Shown here: one piece after another, positions 19,857-30,405 of the stretch | How positions within the stretch are numbered: the stretch's first letter is position 1 | How the letters are laid out: each line of letters opens with the position of its first letter | Assembly: GCA_963842155.1 (NCBI GenBank) | Contig: CAWJFP010000034.1 | Coordinates: 5,514-69,513, forward strand | Length of the DNA: 64,000 bases | Direction: 5' to 3' | DNA from: an uncultured Pseudomonadota bacterium | Lineage (GTDB): Bacteria > Pseudomonadota > Alphaproteobacteria > JACZXZ01 | The notes under the pieces: model-generated | Databases searched by the model: none | Told to the model about the DNA's origin: nothing | What the model saw: the letters and a program-made list of their open reading frames with translations, nothing else | Program-made: the position numbers and the translations under genes

Positions 19857-20669
19857 CTAAGGGCCGGCGAGAGCCAGCTCCTCGACGAACCTGGCGACAA
19901 CGGCGTTGAACCTGCCGGCCTGCTCGTAGAACGGGCAATGGCTCGAAGCCTCGATGACCTCGAATCTTGAGCCGGGTATCTGGTCGCTGATCCACTTTCC
20001 GGCGGCGGGGCTGTTGAGCTTCGGGTCCTCGCCGAAGATGACGAGCGTCGGGAGCCTCAAGCTCGAGATCGTGGCTCTGTCGTCGCGAAGCGTCTGGTCG
20101 AGCAGGATCGAACCAGCGATTGCCGGCGGGCACTTGAGCATCTCCTCGACCATCCACGTGCGCGTCGTCTCGTCGGGCTCGTGCAACATCAGGTCTACGA
20201 ACTCGGCCGCCAGCACGGCCGGGTTGGTCTGCAGCTGCTTGTTGCCGTGGGCGAGATCCTCGGCTGTGAACACGCCGTCTGGATAGTCAGGCCACTTGAA
20301 GTCGGATGGCCCTTGGTCGACGACCACGAGCCCGGCGACATGGCTCTCACCCACCAGCTTCAGGTACTCATAGGCGACCATCGCGCCCATGGACCAGCCG
20401 ATCAATGTCGGGCGCTGTAGGCCCAGAGCCGCCGCCAGCTTGCGGACATCGTCGGCGTACTGCTCGACGGTGTGTCCGCTGAGCACGTTCTCGGATTCGC
20501 CATGACCGCGGTAGTCCGGGACGACCACCCGATAGGCGGATGAGAGCGGCTCGAGCTGGCGCTGGAAGAACCGGCCGCTCATAGACCACCCGTGCAGCAG
20601 CAGGAGCGGCTGTCCGGTCCCGAGATCGGAATAACTGATCTCGGCGCCGTTTATCGTCATTCGAGGCAT
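19857..20669 (-). CDS. Alpha/beta-fold hydrolase
   Basis: 270 aa. LLLLHGWSMSG, nucleophile elbow IGWSMGAMVA, C-terminal SSHCPF. Confidence 0.7.
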   Translation of the reverse strand: MPRMTINGAEISYSDLGTGQPLLLLHGWSMSGRFFQRQLEPLSSAYRVVVPDYRGHGESENVLSGHTVEQYADDVRKLAAALGLQRPTLIGWSMGAMVAYEYLKLVGESHVAGLVVVDQGPSDFKWPDYPDGVFTAEDLAHGNKQLQTNPAVLAAEFVDLMLHEPDETTRTWMVEEMLKCPPAIAGSILLDQTLRDDRATISSLRLPTLVIFGEDPKLNSPAAGKWISDQIPGSRFEVIEASSHCPFYEQAGRFNAVVARFVEELALAGP

Positions 20670-21968
20670 GGAAGTTCCGATCGTTGGTCCGCGTCGGCGC
20701 GGCCGAGTCGCTCAGCGGGTGAGCCGTACCTTGACTCGTAGCTCGCGACGGCGTTGGTGAAACACTCGATCGGCGCTCTCACGATTCCGGCTCCGATCTG
20801 CCCACCGTCGCGTCCCGCCAGCCCGACGTCGAGTGCGGGAGTGATACCGGTACGAGCGACGCGGAAGACGTCGATCGCTGTCGGCGTGCCTCGGTACTGG
20901 AAAAAGGGGATCCGGTAATCACTGTGCTCCCCGACTGTGATCTCGTACATTGCAAGGTTCATCTCCACCATCGCCTGCGGCGACCCGCCCTGGTAGTTCT
21001 GCAGGGGGAACGCCGCCGCCTGGGCGAATCCGCCGAGGCCGACGGTCTCGTTGATGATCGACTCGCCACCGATCCAGTCGATGTCCTCGGTGGTGAATCC
21101 CTCGAACATCCTCGCGTGAACCTGCGGGTACGGGCCGAGCTCCCACCGCTCACCGAGGCCGCTCACCCGGATCGCGACACCCCGGCAATAGAGGGCCATC
21201 GATGTCACGACGCTGGACCGGTCGATGCCGTGAGCCGGGTCGGCGGTCGCTTTACTGCTCGCCATAGAGAGTCGGAGGAAGAAATAGTCGCTTCCCGCCA
21301 GGTAGTCGAGGGTCTGCTCCACGCGCCGGCGGTCGGTCTCGGCGACGTGGAGGAGATGAGGATAAAGGTCGCGTTGGAACAGGAGCGTGGCTGCCGAGTT
21401 CCGGCTGTGGAGCTCGTCGCCCATGTGCAACGCCCGGATCATGAGGGGCTTCAGCGAGATGCCTCCGGACCGTCTTATGGCCTCGCGCAGCGTCGGCGCG
21501 ACGACATCCGCGATGAAGAGCAGCTGATCGCGAACCCCTTCGTCGTACGCTCCGTAATTGAGCCGCCTCCGGGACTCCCCTTCATAGAAGTTGCAGAACG
21601 CCACGTTCCCAAACGCCCGGTTCTCGACCGCGAATACCGGCATCGAAGCGGTGTAGATGCCGGCCACAGAGCCGATACAGCCGTGATCTTGGCAAGCCTC
21701 GACACGGATCTGGCCGTTGGCAATCTTGCGCTCGGCATCCTCGACGTCTGATGCGAGACCCTCGAAGAGCGCGCCGTAGATGATCGCCCTTCGCTGGCCT
21801 CCGAGGTAGTCCTCCCCACGCGAGGCGAGGTCCCGAGGCGAGGATCATGTCGTCCGCCATTCCTGGCACCACTTCGCGGGCGGGCTGGACGTCGACCAGC
21901 ACCGGATCGGCCCGGCACATGCGCTCGAAGGCCTCGCGGTTGGCCGCTTCCCGACCTTCGCTCACCAT
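20657..21968 (-). pseudogene. DUF1116 (YlbE-like) protein, N-terminal third in a different frame
   Basis: The C-terminal ORF (GIYTASMPVFAVENRAFGNVAFCNFYEGESRRRLNYGAYDEGV...SGLGERWE...GITPALDVGLAGRDGGQIGAGIVRAPIECF) matches E. coli YlbE closely. The N-terminal part MVSEGREAANREAFERMCRADPVLVDVQPAREVVPGMADDMILASGP sits in the ORF 21582-22421 frame. Confidence 0.6.
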
Positions 21969-22690
21969 GCCCACAGCCCTCCGTCCACCCGGACCACCGA
22001 GCCAGTGACATACGAGGCGCGCTCGGAGAGGAGGAACTCGACGACCTGTGCGACCTCGTCGACCTCTCCGAGCCTGCCAAGGGGGACCTGGTCCGAAAGC
22101 GCGTCTTCGCCTCCGGACATGGCGGCCCACACGGGTGCCATCGGGACGCGGATGTAGCCGGGCGCCACGGCGTTCACCCGGATCCGTCGCGGGGCGAGCT
22201 CGCAGGCGAGGACGCGGGTAAGGCCCTCGAGCCCCGCCTTGCTTGCCGAGTACATCGCGGTGCCCGCGAAGCGACCGATCGTCCCGACGATGCTCGATAT
22301 GTTGACGACCGCCGAACCCGCGCCGAGATGGTCGAGCGCGGCGCGCGTGACCCGACCCGCTCCCATCACGTTGACCGCCCACATGGCGTTGGCCTCTACC
22401 TCCGTCATCGCATCGGCACACGCCTCGCGCAGCACGCCTGCACAGTTGACGATCCCGGTGAGAATGCCCATTCGGTCTGCGGCCTGGACGGCTGCCTCCA
22501 CGCTCTCATCCGAGCAGACATCCATCGGGTACCCCAACACGTCGCCCGGTTCGGCCGCCGAGATCGCGCCTGGCCGGCCGGTCACAGTGACGTCTCCGGC
22601 AAGCACGCTATAGCCGGCCTCGCAGAGACGGGCACATATCGCGCGCCCTATTCCTCCCGTGCCGCCTGTCACGAGCGCGACGTTTGTCAT
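21962..22690 (-). CDS. Short-chain dehydrogenase/reductase
   Basis: MTNVALVTGGTGGIGRAIC...NAVAPGYIRV...VDGG. Overlaps the DUF1116 start by a few bp. Confidence 0.7.
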   Translation of the reverse strand: MTNVALVTGGTGGIGRAICARLCEAGYSVLAGDVTVTGRPGAISAAEPGDVLGYPMDVCSDESVEAAVQAADRMGILTGIVNCAGVLREACADAMTEVEANAMWAVNVMGAGRVTRAALDHLGAGSAVVNISSIVGTIGRFAGTAMYSASKAGLEGLTRVLACELAPRRIRVNAVAPGYIRVPMAPVWAAMSGGEDALSDQVPLGRLGEVDEVAQVVEFLLSERASYVTGSVVRVDGGLWAW

Positions 22691-22787
22691 GTCAGTGGCC
22701 TCCTTCCTCCTATGTCTGCCGCTGGCGTGTCCGACGCCCGGAGCCTGCAACCGCGACGATGCCCTCAGCTCCGTCTACTCCCCACGG

Positions 22788-23992
22788 TCAGACGAACGGG
22801 AGGTAGCGCCGCACCTCCCAGTCGGTCACCGCCGAGCGGAACTGCTCGAGCTCCCAACGTCGGGTGGCCGCGAAGAAACGCACGAACTCGGCACCCAGGT
22901 ACTCGACCGCGACCTCGCTTGTCTCGAAGGCCCGGATCGCCTGCTCGAGCGAGGTTGGCAGCACCTCGATAGACGAATCGTGGTAGGCGTTGTGCTCGAT
23001 CGGGTCGGTCGCCTTGATCTTGTTCTCGAGTCCGTACAGCCCGCCGGCGATGCAGCCTGCCATCGCCAGATACGGGTTGACGTCGCCGCCCGGCACACGA
23101 TTCTCCACGCGAGCTGATTCCTCGTTCTCATTGATCACCCTGATGGAGCAGGACCGGTTCTCGAATCCCCATGAGGCTGTCGTGCCGGCGCCGAGGTCGG
23201 GCTGGAGCCGTTTGTAGGAGTTGAGCGTGGGCGCGAACAACAGTGTCATCTCGCGCAGCGTCGCAACCTGTCCGCCGACGTAATCGAGAGTCAGGTCCGA
23301 GATGTGACCGGGTGCATCGGCTTGCCAGCAGAGGTTCCTTCCCTCCGACCAAAGCGACTGGTGGATGTGACAGCTCGAACCGAACCCTGGAAGCGTCTTG
23401 GCCATGAACGTTGCCATGAGGTCTTGGCTCGCGGCGATCTCCTTCACCGCGTGCTTGAAGAGGAAGGCCCGGTCCGCCGCCTCGAGCAGGTCGCAGTAGA
23501 GCAGGTTCACCTCCTGTTGGCCCGCTCCGCCTTCGGGATTCCAGTACTCGATGGGGATGCCGTAGGTCTCCATGTAGCTTGTAAGAGGGCGGATGATGTG
23601 CTCGTCGGTCGTGCCCCGAAAGATGCTGTAGGCGCCGAGGCGGAGATTCATGGGCTTCAAGGCGGCCGGCCGGTAGCCGCTTTGCTCCAGACTCTCTTCG
23701 CTCTCCTTGAAGAGAAAGAACTCCAGTTCGGCCGCGAACTTCGGCTCGAGCCCGCGCGCGGACGCCCGCTCGACAAGGCGCCGCAGCACACGGCGCGGCG
23801 CGATCTCCACCGATGAGCCGTCGTGGAAGAAGTGCTCGCAGAGCACGACCGCGGTGCGGTCGAGCCAGGGCAGCGACGCGAAGCGTTGCAAGATCGGGGA
23901 TCGGGAGCACGTCGGCAAAACCGAGATCCCACGACGGCCACCAGCCTGGGTAGCCAGGCTGCGCGCGTCATGACGAGCTCCTCGGTGTCCAT
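22788..23992 (-). pseudogene. Glutamine-synthetase-family protein (GlnA/PuuA-like catalytic domain), N-terminal ~30 codons spread over two other frames
   Basis: VVLCEHFFHDGSSVEIAPRRVLRRLVERASARGLEPKFAAELEFFLF...NSYKRL...GFENRSCSIRV...EVLPTSLEQAI are GS hallmarks. MDTEELVMTRAAW / GYPGWWPSWDLGFADVLPIPDLATLR lie in shifted frames. Confidence 0.55.
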
Positions 23993-24858
23993 TGGGCCTG
24001 CGGCTGGCCTTCGCGGGCCCCCAGGCGACGGTCGCGGAATGCCTCGCCGCGCGTCGCGTGCTCTATGAGCGCTTTTGGAGGCCCGTCGCGGTAGCGGCCC
24101 TGAATACCGCAGCCGAGGAGGGCGCGGCGCGGCTGCTCTGGGCCGTGGTGGCGGAAACCTTCGGCCGGGGCGGCAGTGCCGTGCGACCCTGCGTGGCGCG
24201 CGACGGGCTCTCGTCGAGCTTCGTCGATCCCGCCTTGCGGCGGCTGGCCGAACGCGGCGTCGAGCTCGGCTTCAACCGCCGCCTGCGCGCGCTCGCGGTG
24301 GCGGAGAAGCGCGTCGCGGCCCTCGACTTCGGCGAAGAGACTATCGCGCTCGGCGCCGAGGATGCGGTCATCCTGGCCTTGCCGCCTGCGCGGATCGACG
24401 AGCTCCTGCCCGGCTCGGTCGTGCCGCTCGAGACGCGGGCGATCGTGAACGGCCATTTCCGGCTCGACCGGGTGCCCGATTTCCCCGGCGGTTTTCCCTT
24501 CCTCGGCCTGATCGGCGGGACGGCGGAATGGCTCTTCCGCCGCGGCGACGTGGTGTCGGTCACGGTGAGCGCCGCCGACGCCCTCGCCGAGCACAGCAAC
24601 GAAGCCATCGCCGAACGGCTCTGGGCCGACATCGCGCGCGCACTCGGCCTGCCGCTCTCGCAGCGGACCCGAGTGCGGATCGTCAAGGAGAAGCGCGCCA
24701 CCTTCGCCCAGACCCCCGCGGCGCTGCCCAAGCGCGCGCCCGTCCGCACCCAGCTCGCCAACCTCTATCTGGCGGGTGACTGGACCGATACGGGCCTCCC
24801 CGCCACCATCGAGAGCGCCGTGCGTTCCGGGCATGCGGCGGCGGCGGCGGCGGCGTAG
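23992..24858 (+). pseudogene. hpnE: hpnE (hydroxysqualene dehydroxylase, FAD/amine-oxidase fold), C-terminal 288 codons only. The 5' ~130-150 codons, including the FAD-binding N-terminus, are missing. hpnC and hpnD are absent upstream
   Basis: ...[48 protein letters not shown]...[23 protein letters not shown] matches the amine-oxidase C-terminus. Synteny with shc/hpnG/hpnH follows. The ORF starts at TTG, has no GxGxxG motif, and the region upstream encodes an unrelated gene on the other strand. Confidence 0.6.
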
Positions 24859-24943
24859 CCCCAGGCCGTCGCGGCCTTTGCCTTTGGCCCGCTCGCCCAT
24901 TAGAGTGCCGGCCGCGCCCGCGGTCCTTCGACTGGAGTTCTCG

Positions 24944-25471
24944 ATGCCGATCAAGTCCCGCATCCGCACCATCCCGGATTATCCCAAGCCGGGCATCATG
25001 TTCCGGGACATCACCACCTTGCTCCAGGATCCCGTGGGCTTCCGCGTGACGATGGAGCGGCTGATCAAGCCCTTCGAGGGGCTGCGGATCGACAAGGTGG
25101 CGGGCATCGAGGCGCGCGGCTTCATCCTCGGCGGCGCGGTCGCCCATGCGCTGGGCGCGGGTTTCATTCCCGTGCGCAAGAAGGGGAAGCTGCCCTGGCA
25201 AACCATCGGCCAGGACTACATCCTCGAATATGGCAGCGACCGCATCGAGATCCACAGCGACGCCATCCTGGAGGGCGAGCGCATCCTTCTCGTGGACGAT
25301 CTCGTCGCGACCGGCGGGACGGCGACCGCCGCGATCACGCTGCTGCGCCAGGCGGGTGCTGAAATCGTCGGCGCCGCCTTCGTCATCGATCTGCCCGAGC
25401 TGGGCGGCCGCGCGCGCATCGAAGCGATGGGCGTCGAGGCGACCGTGCTCTGCGCCTTCGAGGGGCATTGA
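24944..25471 (+). CDS. apt: Adenine phosphoribosyltransferase
   Basis: 175 aa. [10 protein letters not shown]...[16 protein letters not shown] (PRPP-binding motif). ATGA overlap with shc. Confidence 0.8.
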   Translation: MPIKSRIRTIPDYPKPGIMFRDITTLLQDPVGFRVTMERLIKPFEGLRIDKVAGIEARGFILGGAVAHALGAGFIPVRKKGKLPWQTIGQDYILEYGSDRIEIHSDAILEGERILLVDDLVATGGTATAAITLLRQAGAEIVGAAFVIDLPELGGRARIEAMGVEATVLCAFEGH

Positions 25472-27414
25472 GGAGGAGGGTCATGCCGGAGGGTCAGGCT
25501 TCCATTGCGGACGCGCGCCTCGACAAGGCGATCGCGGAGGCGGCGGCGGCGCTCAAGGCGCTGCAGAAGGCCGACGGCCATTGGGTGTTCGAGCTCGAGG
25601 CCGACGCCACGATTCCGGCCGAATATGTCATGCTCGGCCATTATCTCGGCGAGATCGATGCCGCGACGTACGCCAAGATCGCCGTCTATCTGCGCGACAA
25701 TCAAGCCGGGCACGGCGGCTGGGCGCTCTACCATGGCGGCAACTTCAATCTTTCGACCTCGGTCAAGGCCTATTACGCCCTCAAGCTGTGCGGCGACAGC
25801 CCCGAGGCCCCGCATATGCGTCGCGCGCGCGAGGCGATTCATGCCGCGGGCGGTGCCGCGCGCTGCAACGTCTTTACGCGCTTCACCCTCGCGCTCTTCG
25901 AGCAGATTCCCTGGCGCGGCGTGCCCGTCATGCCGGTCGAGATCATGCTGCTGCCGCGCTGGTTCCCCTTCCATCTCGAGAAGGTGAGCTACTGGTCGCG
26001 CACGGTGATCGTGCCGCTCTTGCTGCTCTCCGTCCTCAAGCCCAAGGCCAAGAACCCGCGCGGCGTCGACATCAAGGAGCTTTTCCTCCAGCCGCCCGAA
26101 GAGGTGCAGGACTACCAGACCAATCCCACGGGCGCCGCCATGGGCGAGTTCTTCCTGGCGCTCGACAAGCTTTTGCGTATCGCCGAGCCCTTCTTCCCCA
26201 AAGGGCGGCGGCGCCAGGCGATGGGTCGCGCCGTCGATTGGATCACCAAGCGCCTCAACGGCGAGGACGGGCTCGGCGGCATCTATCCGGCCATGGCGAA
26301 CACCGTGATGGCCTTCGAGGCGCTGGGATATCCCAAGGACCATCCCGACCTCCTTATCGCCAAGCGCTCGGTGAGGAAACTGTTCGTGCCGGGGGAAAGC
26401 TTCGCCTACTCGCAGCCTTGCCTCTCGCCGGTGTGGGACACGGGGCTCGCCGCCTTGACGCTCATGGAGGTGGAGCCGCCGCATGACGGCTCCGACACCG
26501 CGCGCGCCATGGCTTGGCTCGTCGAGCGCCAGATTCTCGACGTAAGGGGCGATTGGGCGGACCGGCGGCCGGAGCTGCGACCGGGCGGCTGGGCCTTCCA
26601 ATATCGCAACGACCATTACCCCGACGTCGACGACACGGCCGTGGTCGGCATCGCCCTCGACCGCATGGCCGACCCGCGCTACCGCGCCTCGATCGACCGC
26701 GCGGCGGAATGGATCGTCGGCATGCAATGCGAGAACGGCGGCTGGGCCTCCTTCGATGCCGAAAACACCTGCTTCTACCTCAACCACATCCCCTTCGCCG
26801 ATCACGGCGCGCTCCTCGACCCGCCGAGCGCCGACGTGACCGCACGCTGCCTGGGCTTCCTCGCGCAGATCGGTTATCGCCGCGACAATCCCATCGTCGC
26901 GCGCGGCATCGACTATCTGAAGCGCGAGCAGGAGGCGGACGGTTCCTGGTTCGGCCGTTGGGGCACGAACTACATCTACGGCACATGGTCGGTGCTCTCC
27001 GCCCTCAACGCGACCGGCGAGGATGCCCAAGCGCCTTATATCCGCAAGGCGGTCGAATGGCTGAAGGCGCGCCAGCGCGAGGATGACGGCTGGGGCGAGG
27101 ACGGCGCCAGCTACTGGCCGGGCCGGAAGGCCGAGGTCAAGGAGAGCACGGCCTCGCAGACGGCTTGGGCGCTGCTCGCCCTCATGGCGGCGGGCGAGGC
27201 CGAGAGCGAGGCCGTCAAGCGCGGCATCGCCTTCCTGCTCGACGCGCCGCGCGAGGGTTGCGAATGGGCCGAGCGCTGGTACACGGCGGTCGGCTTCCCG
27301 CGCGTCTTCTATCTGCGCTACCACGGCTATCGCCGCTATTTCCCGCTTTGGGCGCTGGCGCGCTACCGCAACATCAAGCGCGGCAACGACAAGACCGTCG
27401 CCTACGGATTGTGA
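25468..27414 (+). CDS. shc: Squalene-hopene cyclase
   Basis: 648 aa. Repeated QxxxGxW motifs (QADGHW, QAGHGGW, QCENGGW, QEADGSW, QREDDGW) and the catalytic DVDDTAVV motif. Confidence 0.9.
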   Translation: MRRRVMPEGQASIADARLDKAIAEAAAALKALQKADGHWVFELEADATIPAEYVMLGHYLGEIDAATYAKIAVYLRDNQAGHGGWALYHGGNFNLSTSVKAYYALKLCGDSPEAPHMRRAREAIHAAGGAARCNVFTRFTLALFEQIPWRGVPVMPVEIMLLPRWFPFHLEKVSYWSRTVIVPLLLLSVLKPKAKNPRGVDIKELFLQPPEEVQDYQTNPTGAAMGEFFLALDKLLRIAEPFFPKGRRRQAMGRAVDWITKRLNGEDGLGGIYPAMANTVMAFEALGYPKDHPDLLIAKRSVRKLFVPGESFAYSQPCLSPVWDTGLAALTLMEVEPPHDGSDTARAMAWLVERQILDVRGDWADRRPELRPGGWAFQYRNDHYPDVDDTAVVGIALDRMADPRYRASIDRAAEWIVGMQCENGGWASFDAENTCFYLNHIPFADHGALLDPPSADVTARCLGFLAQIGYRRDNPIVARGIDYLKREQEADGSWFGRWGTNYIYGTWSVLSALNATGEDAQAPYIRKAVEWLKARQREDDGWGEDGASYWPGRKAEVKESTASQTAWALLALMAAGEAESEAVKRGIAFLLDAPREGCEWAERWYTAVGFPRVFYLRYHGYRRYFPLWALARYRNIKRGNDKTVAYGL

Positions 27415-28110
27415 GCCGGATCGGCATCGTCGTCGGCATGCAGGCCGAGGCCGCGCGGGTTTCGGCGGCAAGCGCCGGCCTTGACGCGGCAGACCGGCCG
27501 CTCGTCGCCGTGACCGGCGGCTCGGCCCGCCGCGCCGAGGAAGCGGCGCTCGCGCTCGCCGCGCAAGACGTCTCGGGCCTGCTGAGCTTCGGGCTTTGCG
27601 GCGGGCTCGATCCTTCGCTCCGCACGGGCGATGTCGTGCTTGCGGACGAGGTGGTCGGCGCCCGACGGGCGGCGCAGCGCCACGGACGAGGACTGGCGCG
27701 TGCGCATGGCGGCGAGGCTCGAACGCCGCGGCCTCCTGGTCGCGGGCGCCATCGCCGGACGCGACGAGATCCTGGCGCGGCCGGCCGCGAAGGAGAGGGT
27801 ACGTCACGCCACGGGCGCCGTCGCCGTCGATATGGAAAGCCACGGCGTCGCGCGCGCCGCCGCCGGCCGCAAGCTGCCCTTCCTGGCGCTTCGTCTCGTC
27901 CTCGATCCGGCGAGCCTTGCCCTGCCCTGGTCGGCCGAGGCGGGGTTGGCGCCCGATGGGCGCGCGCGGCTCTGGCCGGTGCTGGGCCGTCTTGCGCTCA
28001 GGCCTTGGGAGCTGCCGGCGCTGCTCGCGCTCGGCCGCGCCAACGATGCGGCGCTCGAGGCGCTAGGCCGCCTGGCTGGCGAGCTTGCGCCGCTCGGCTT
28101 CCTCATGTAG
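27411..28110 (+). pseudogene. hpnG: hpnG, hopanoid-associated nucleosidase/phosphorylase (MTA/SAH-nucleosidase fold), with one frameshift near 27660. GTG start overlaps the shc stop
   Basis: [18 protein letters not shown]...LLSFGLCGGLD (N-terminal frame), then ...RMAARLERRGLLVAGAIAGRDEILARPAAKERVRHATGAVAVDMESHGVARAAAGRKLPFLALRLVLD (ORF 27631-28110 frame). Confidence 0.6.
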
Positions 28111-29211
28111 CTCGCGGAGCGCCTTCTGCACGTTTGTCTCGAAGACATATTCGGCCGGACGCTGCCCGTCGAGCGGGATATCCGCGACCATCGGGCCATC
28201 CGTGCGCGGGCCGCGGAGCGCAACCTTGAGAGCCTTCCAGGGATGGCGAATGGAATCGTCGGCGGCGGTCGGCTCATAGCCGCAATGGACCATGCAGTTC
28301 GCGCATTTCTCGTAGTTGCCGGTGCCGTACTTCTCCCATTCCGTCTCTTCCATCAGCGCGGCGAAACTCTCGGCATAGCCCTCGCCCAGGAGATAGCAGG
28401 GCCGCTGCCAGCCGAACACGTTGCGCGTCGGGTTGCCCCACGGCGTGCAGTGATATTGCTGATTGCCCGCGAGATAATCGAGGAAGAGCGAGGACTGGCT
28501 GAGGCGCCATTTGCGGCCGCGGCCGCGGCGGAAGACCTCGCGGAACAGCTCCTTGGTCTTCTCGCGCTTGAGGAAGTGGGCCTGATCGGGCGCGCGCTCG
28601 TAGGCATAGCCCGGCGAGATGGTGATGGCGTCGACCTTGAGCTCGAAGCTCGCATAATCGAGGAACTTGGCGATGCGGTCGGGATCGAGCCCGTCGAAGA
28701 TGGTCGAGTTGACGCTGATGCGGAAGCCCTTGGCCTGGGCCGCGCGGATGGCAGAGACGGCGCGCTCGAACACGCCGTCCTGGCTCACGGCGCGGTCATG
28801 TTCCTCCTTGAGCCCGTCGAGATGGACCGAGAAGGTGAGGTAGGGCGAGGGCTTGAAGAGGTCGAGCTTCTTCTCCAGCAGCAGCGCGTTGGTGCAGAGA
28901 TAGACGAACTTCTTGCGCGCCACGATGCCGTCCACGATGCGGCCGATGTCCTTGTGGAGCAGCGGCTCGCCGCCGGGGATCGAGACGATGGGCGCGCCGC
29001 ATTCGTCCACCGCCGCGAGGCATTCCTCGACCGACAGGCGCTTGTTCAGGATCTCGTCGGGATAGTCGATCTTGCCGCAGCCGGCGCAGGCCAGATTGCA
29101 GCGGAACAGCGGCTCCAGCATGAGCACGAGCGGATAGCGCTCGCGGCGCATCATGCGCTGCTTGACGATATATCCGCCGACGCGGATCTGCTGGATGAGA
29201 GGTACGCTCAA
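28063..29211 (-). CDS. hpnH: hpnH, radical-SAM adenosylhopane synthase
   Basis: 382 aa. RCNLACAGCGKIDYP (CxxxCxxC), SIPGGEPLL. The 3' end overlaps the hpnG 3' end by 48 bp (convergent). Confidence 0.85.
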   Translation of the reverse strand: MSVPLIQQIRVGGYIVKQRMMRRERYPLVLMLEPLFRCNLACAGCGKIDYPDEILNKRLSVEECLAAVDECGAPIVSIPGGEPLLHKDIGRIVDGIVARKKFVYLCTNALLLEKKLDLFKPSPYLTFSVHLDGLKEEHDRAVSQDGVFERAVSAIRAAQAKGFRISVNSTIFDGLDPDRIAKFLDYASFELKVDAITISPGYAYERAPDQAHFLKREKTKELFREVFRRGRGRKWRLSQSSLFLDYLAGNQQYHCTPWGNPTRNVFGWQRPCYLLGEGYAESFAALMEETEWEKYGTGNYEKCANCMVHCGYEPTAADDSIRHPWKALKVALRGPRTDGPMVADIPLDGQRPAEYVFETNVQKALRELHEEAERRKLASQAA

Positions 29212-29275
29212 GGCTCTGCTCCGTCTTGCCTCTGCTCGGTACGCGCTTTGCCGCGCGCTTCCTTAAACTACCGCC

Positions 29276-30238
29276 TCAAACCACTGCCTCGTCGCGCAGC
29301 TCGGCGGGAAGCTTGAACTGCACGTTCTCGCGGATGCCGTCGAGCACGCTGACCTCGACGTCGTTGAAGTCGCGCAGCCGCGCGATCAGCTCCTGCACCA
29401 GGTCTTCCGGCGCCGAGGCTCCTGCGGTGATGCCGACCGCTTCGGCCCCTTTGAGCCAGCGCGGGTCGAGCTGCGCCGCGTCGTCGATGAGATAGCTCGC
29501 CACGCCCATCTCGGTGCCGATCTCGCGCAGCCGGTTCGAATTCGAGCTGTTGCGCGCGCCCACCACCAGGATGACGTCGACCTCGCGCGCCAGCTCGCGC
29601 ACGGCGGCCTGGCGGTTCTGCGTGGCGTAGCAGATGTCCTTGACGTCCGGCCCCAATATGTGGGGGAAGCGGCGCTTCAAGGCCTCGATCACCTCGCGGG
29701 TGTCGTCGACCGAGAGCGTCGTCTGGGTGACGTAGGAAAGCTTGCCCGGGTCGGCGACCTGGAGCTTCTCCACGTCGGCCGGCTTGGAGACGAGATGCAC
29801 CTTGCCCGGAATGCGGCCCATGGTGCCCTCGACCTCGGGATGGCCCTGATGGCCGATCAGCACGACCTCGAAGCCGCCCTCGGCGTAGCGCTGGCCCTCC
29901 TTATGGACCTTGGCGACGAGCGGGCAGGTGGCGTCGATCACCGGCAGGCGCCGCAGATCGGCCTCGTCCTCCACCTGCTGCGCCACGCCATGGGCGCTGA
30001 AGACCGTGATGGCGCCCTCGGGCACCTCGTCGAGCTCCTCGACGAAGATGGCGCCCTTGGTCTTGAGATCCTCGACCACGCGCTTGTTATGCACGATCTC
30101 GTGGCGGACATAGACGGGCGGGCCATAACGCTTCAGCGCGCGCTCGACGATCTCGATCGCCCGCTCCACGCCCGCGCAGAAGCCTCTCGGTTGGGCAAGC
30201 ACGACCCGCATGCTATTCCTCGTAATATGCAACACCAC
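29276..30238 (-). CDS. ispH: 4-hydroxy-3-methylbut-2-enyl diphosphate reductase, hopanoid-cluster copy
   Basis: 320 aa. [11 protein letters not shown]...VRHEIVHN...ATCPLV...ATQNRQ are LytB/IspH hallmarks. Confidence 0.85.
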   Translation of the reverse strand: MVLHITRNSMRVVLAQPRGFCAGVERAIEIVERALKRYGPPVYVRHEIVHNKRVVEDLKTKGAIFVEELDEVPEGAITVFSAHGVAQQVEDEADLRRLPVIDATCPLVAKVHKEGQRYAEGGFEVVLIGHQGHPEVEGTMGRIPGKVHLVSKPADVEKLQVADPGKLSYVTQTTLSVDDTREVIEALKRRFPHILGPDVKDICYATQNRQAAVRELAREVDVILVVGARNSSNSNRLREIGTEMGVASYLIDDAAQLDPRWLKGAEAVGITAGASAPEDLVQELIARLRDFNDVEVSVLDGIRENVQFKLPAELRDEAVV

Positions 30239-30405
30239 GCTCGCGGAACGCGCGACGCTCCACGCCGATAGACGAATCCGTGATGATGTAGCATGCCGAC
30301 CCGCGCAAGGGAAGACGAAGGCCAGGCGGCCTGCGGTCGCGGGCCCGCCAGCCGGCTGACAAGCCTTTGTTTTCGTTCACTCCGCCGGGCCCCGCCGCAA
30401 TTTGG

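Noticed and set aside
25216-27843. 875-aa minus-strand ORF spanning shc
   Set aside because: It is antisense to a textbook squalene-hopene cyclase. Its composition is dominated by R/A/G/P
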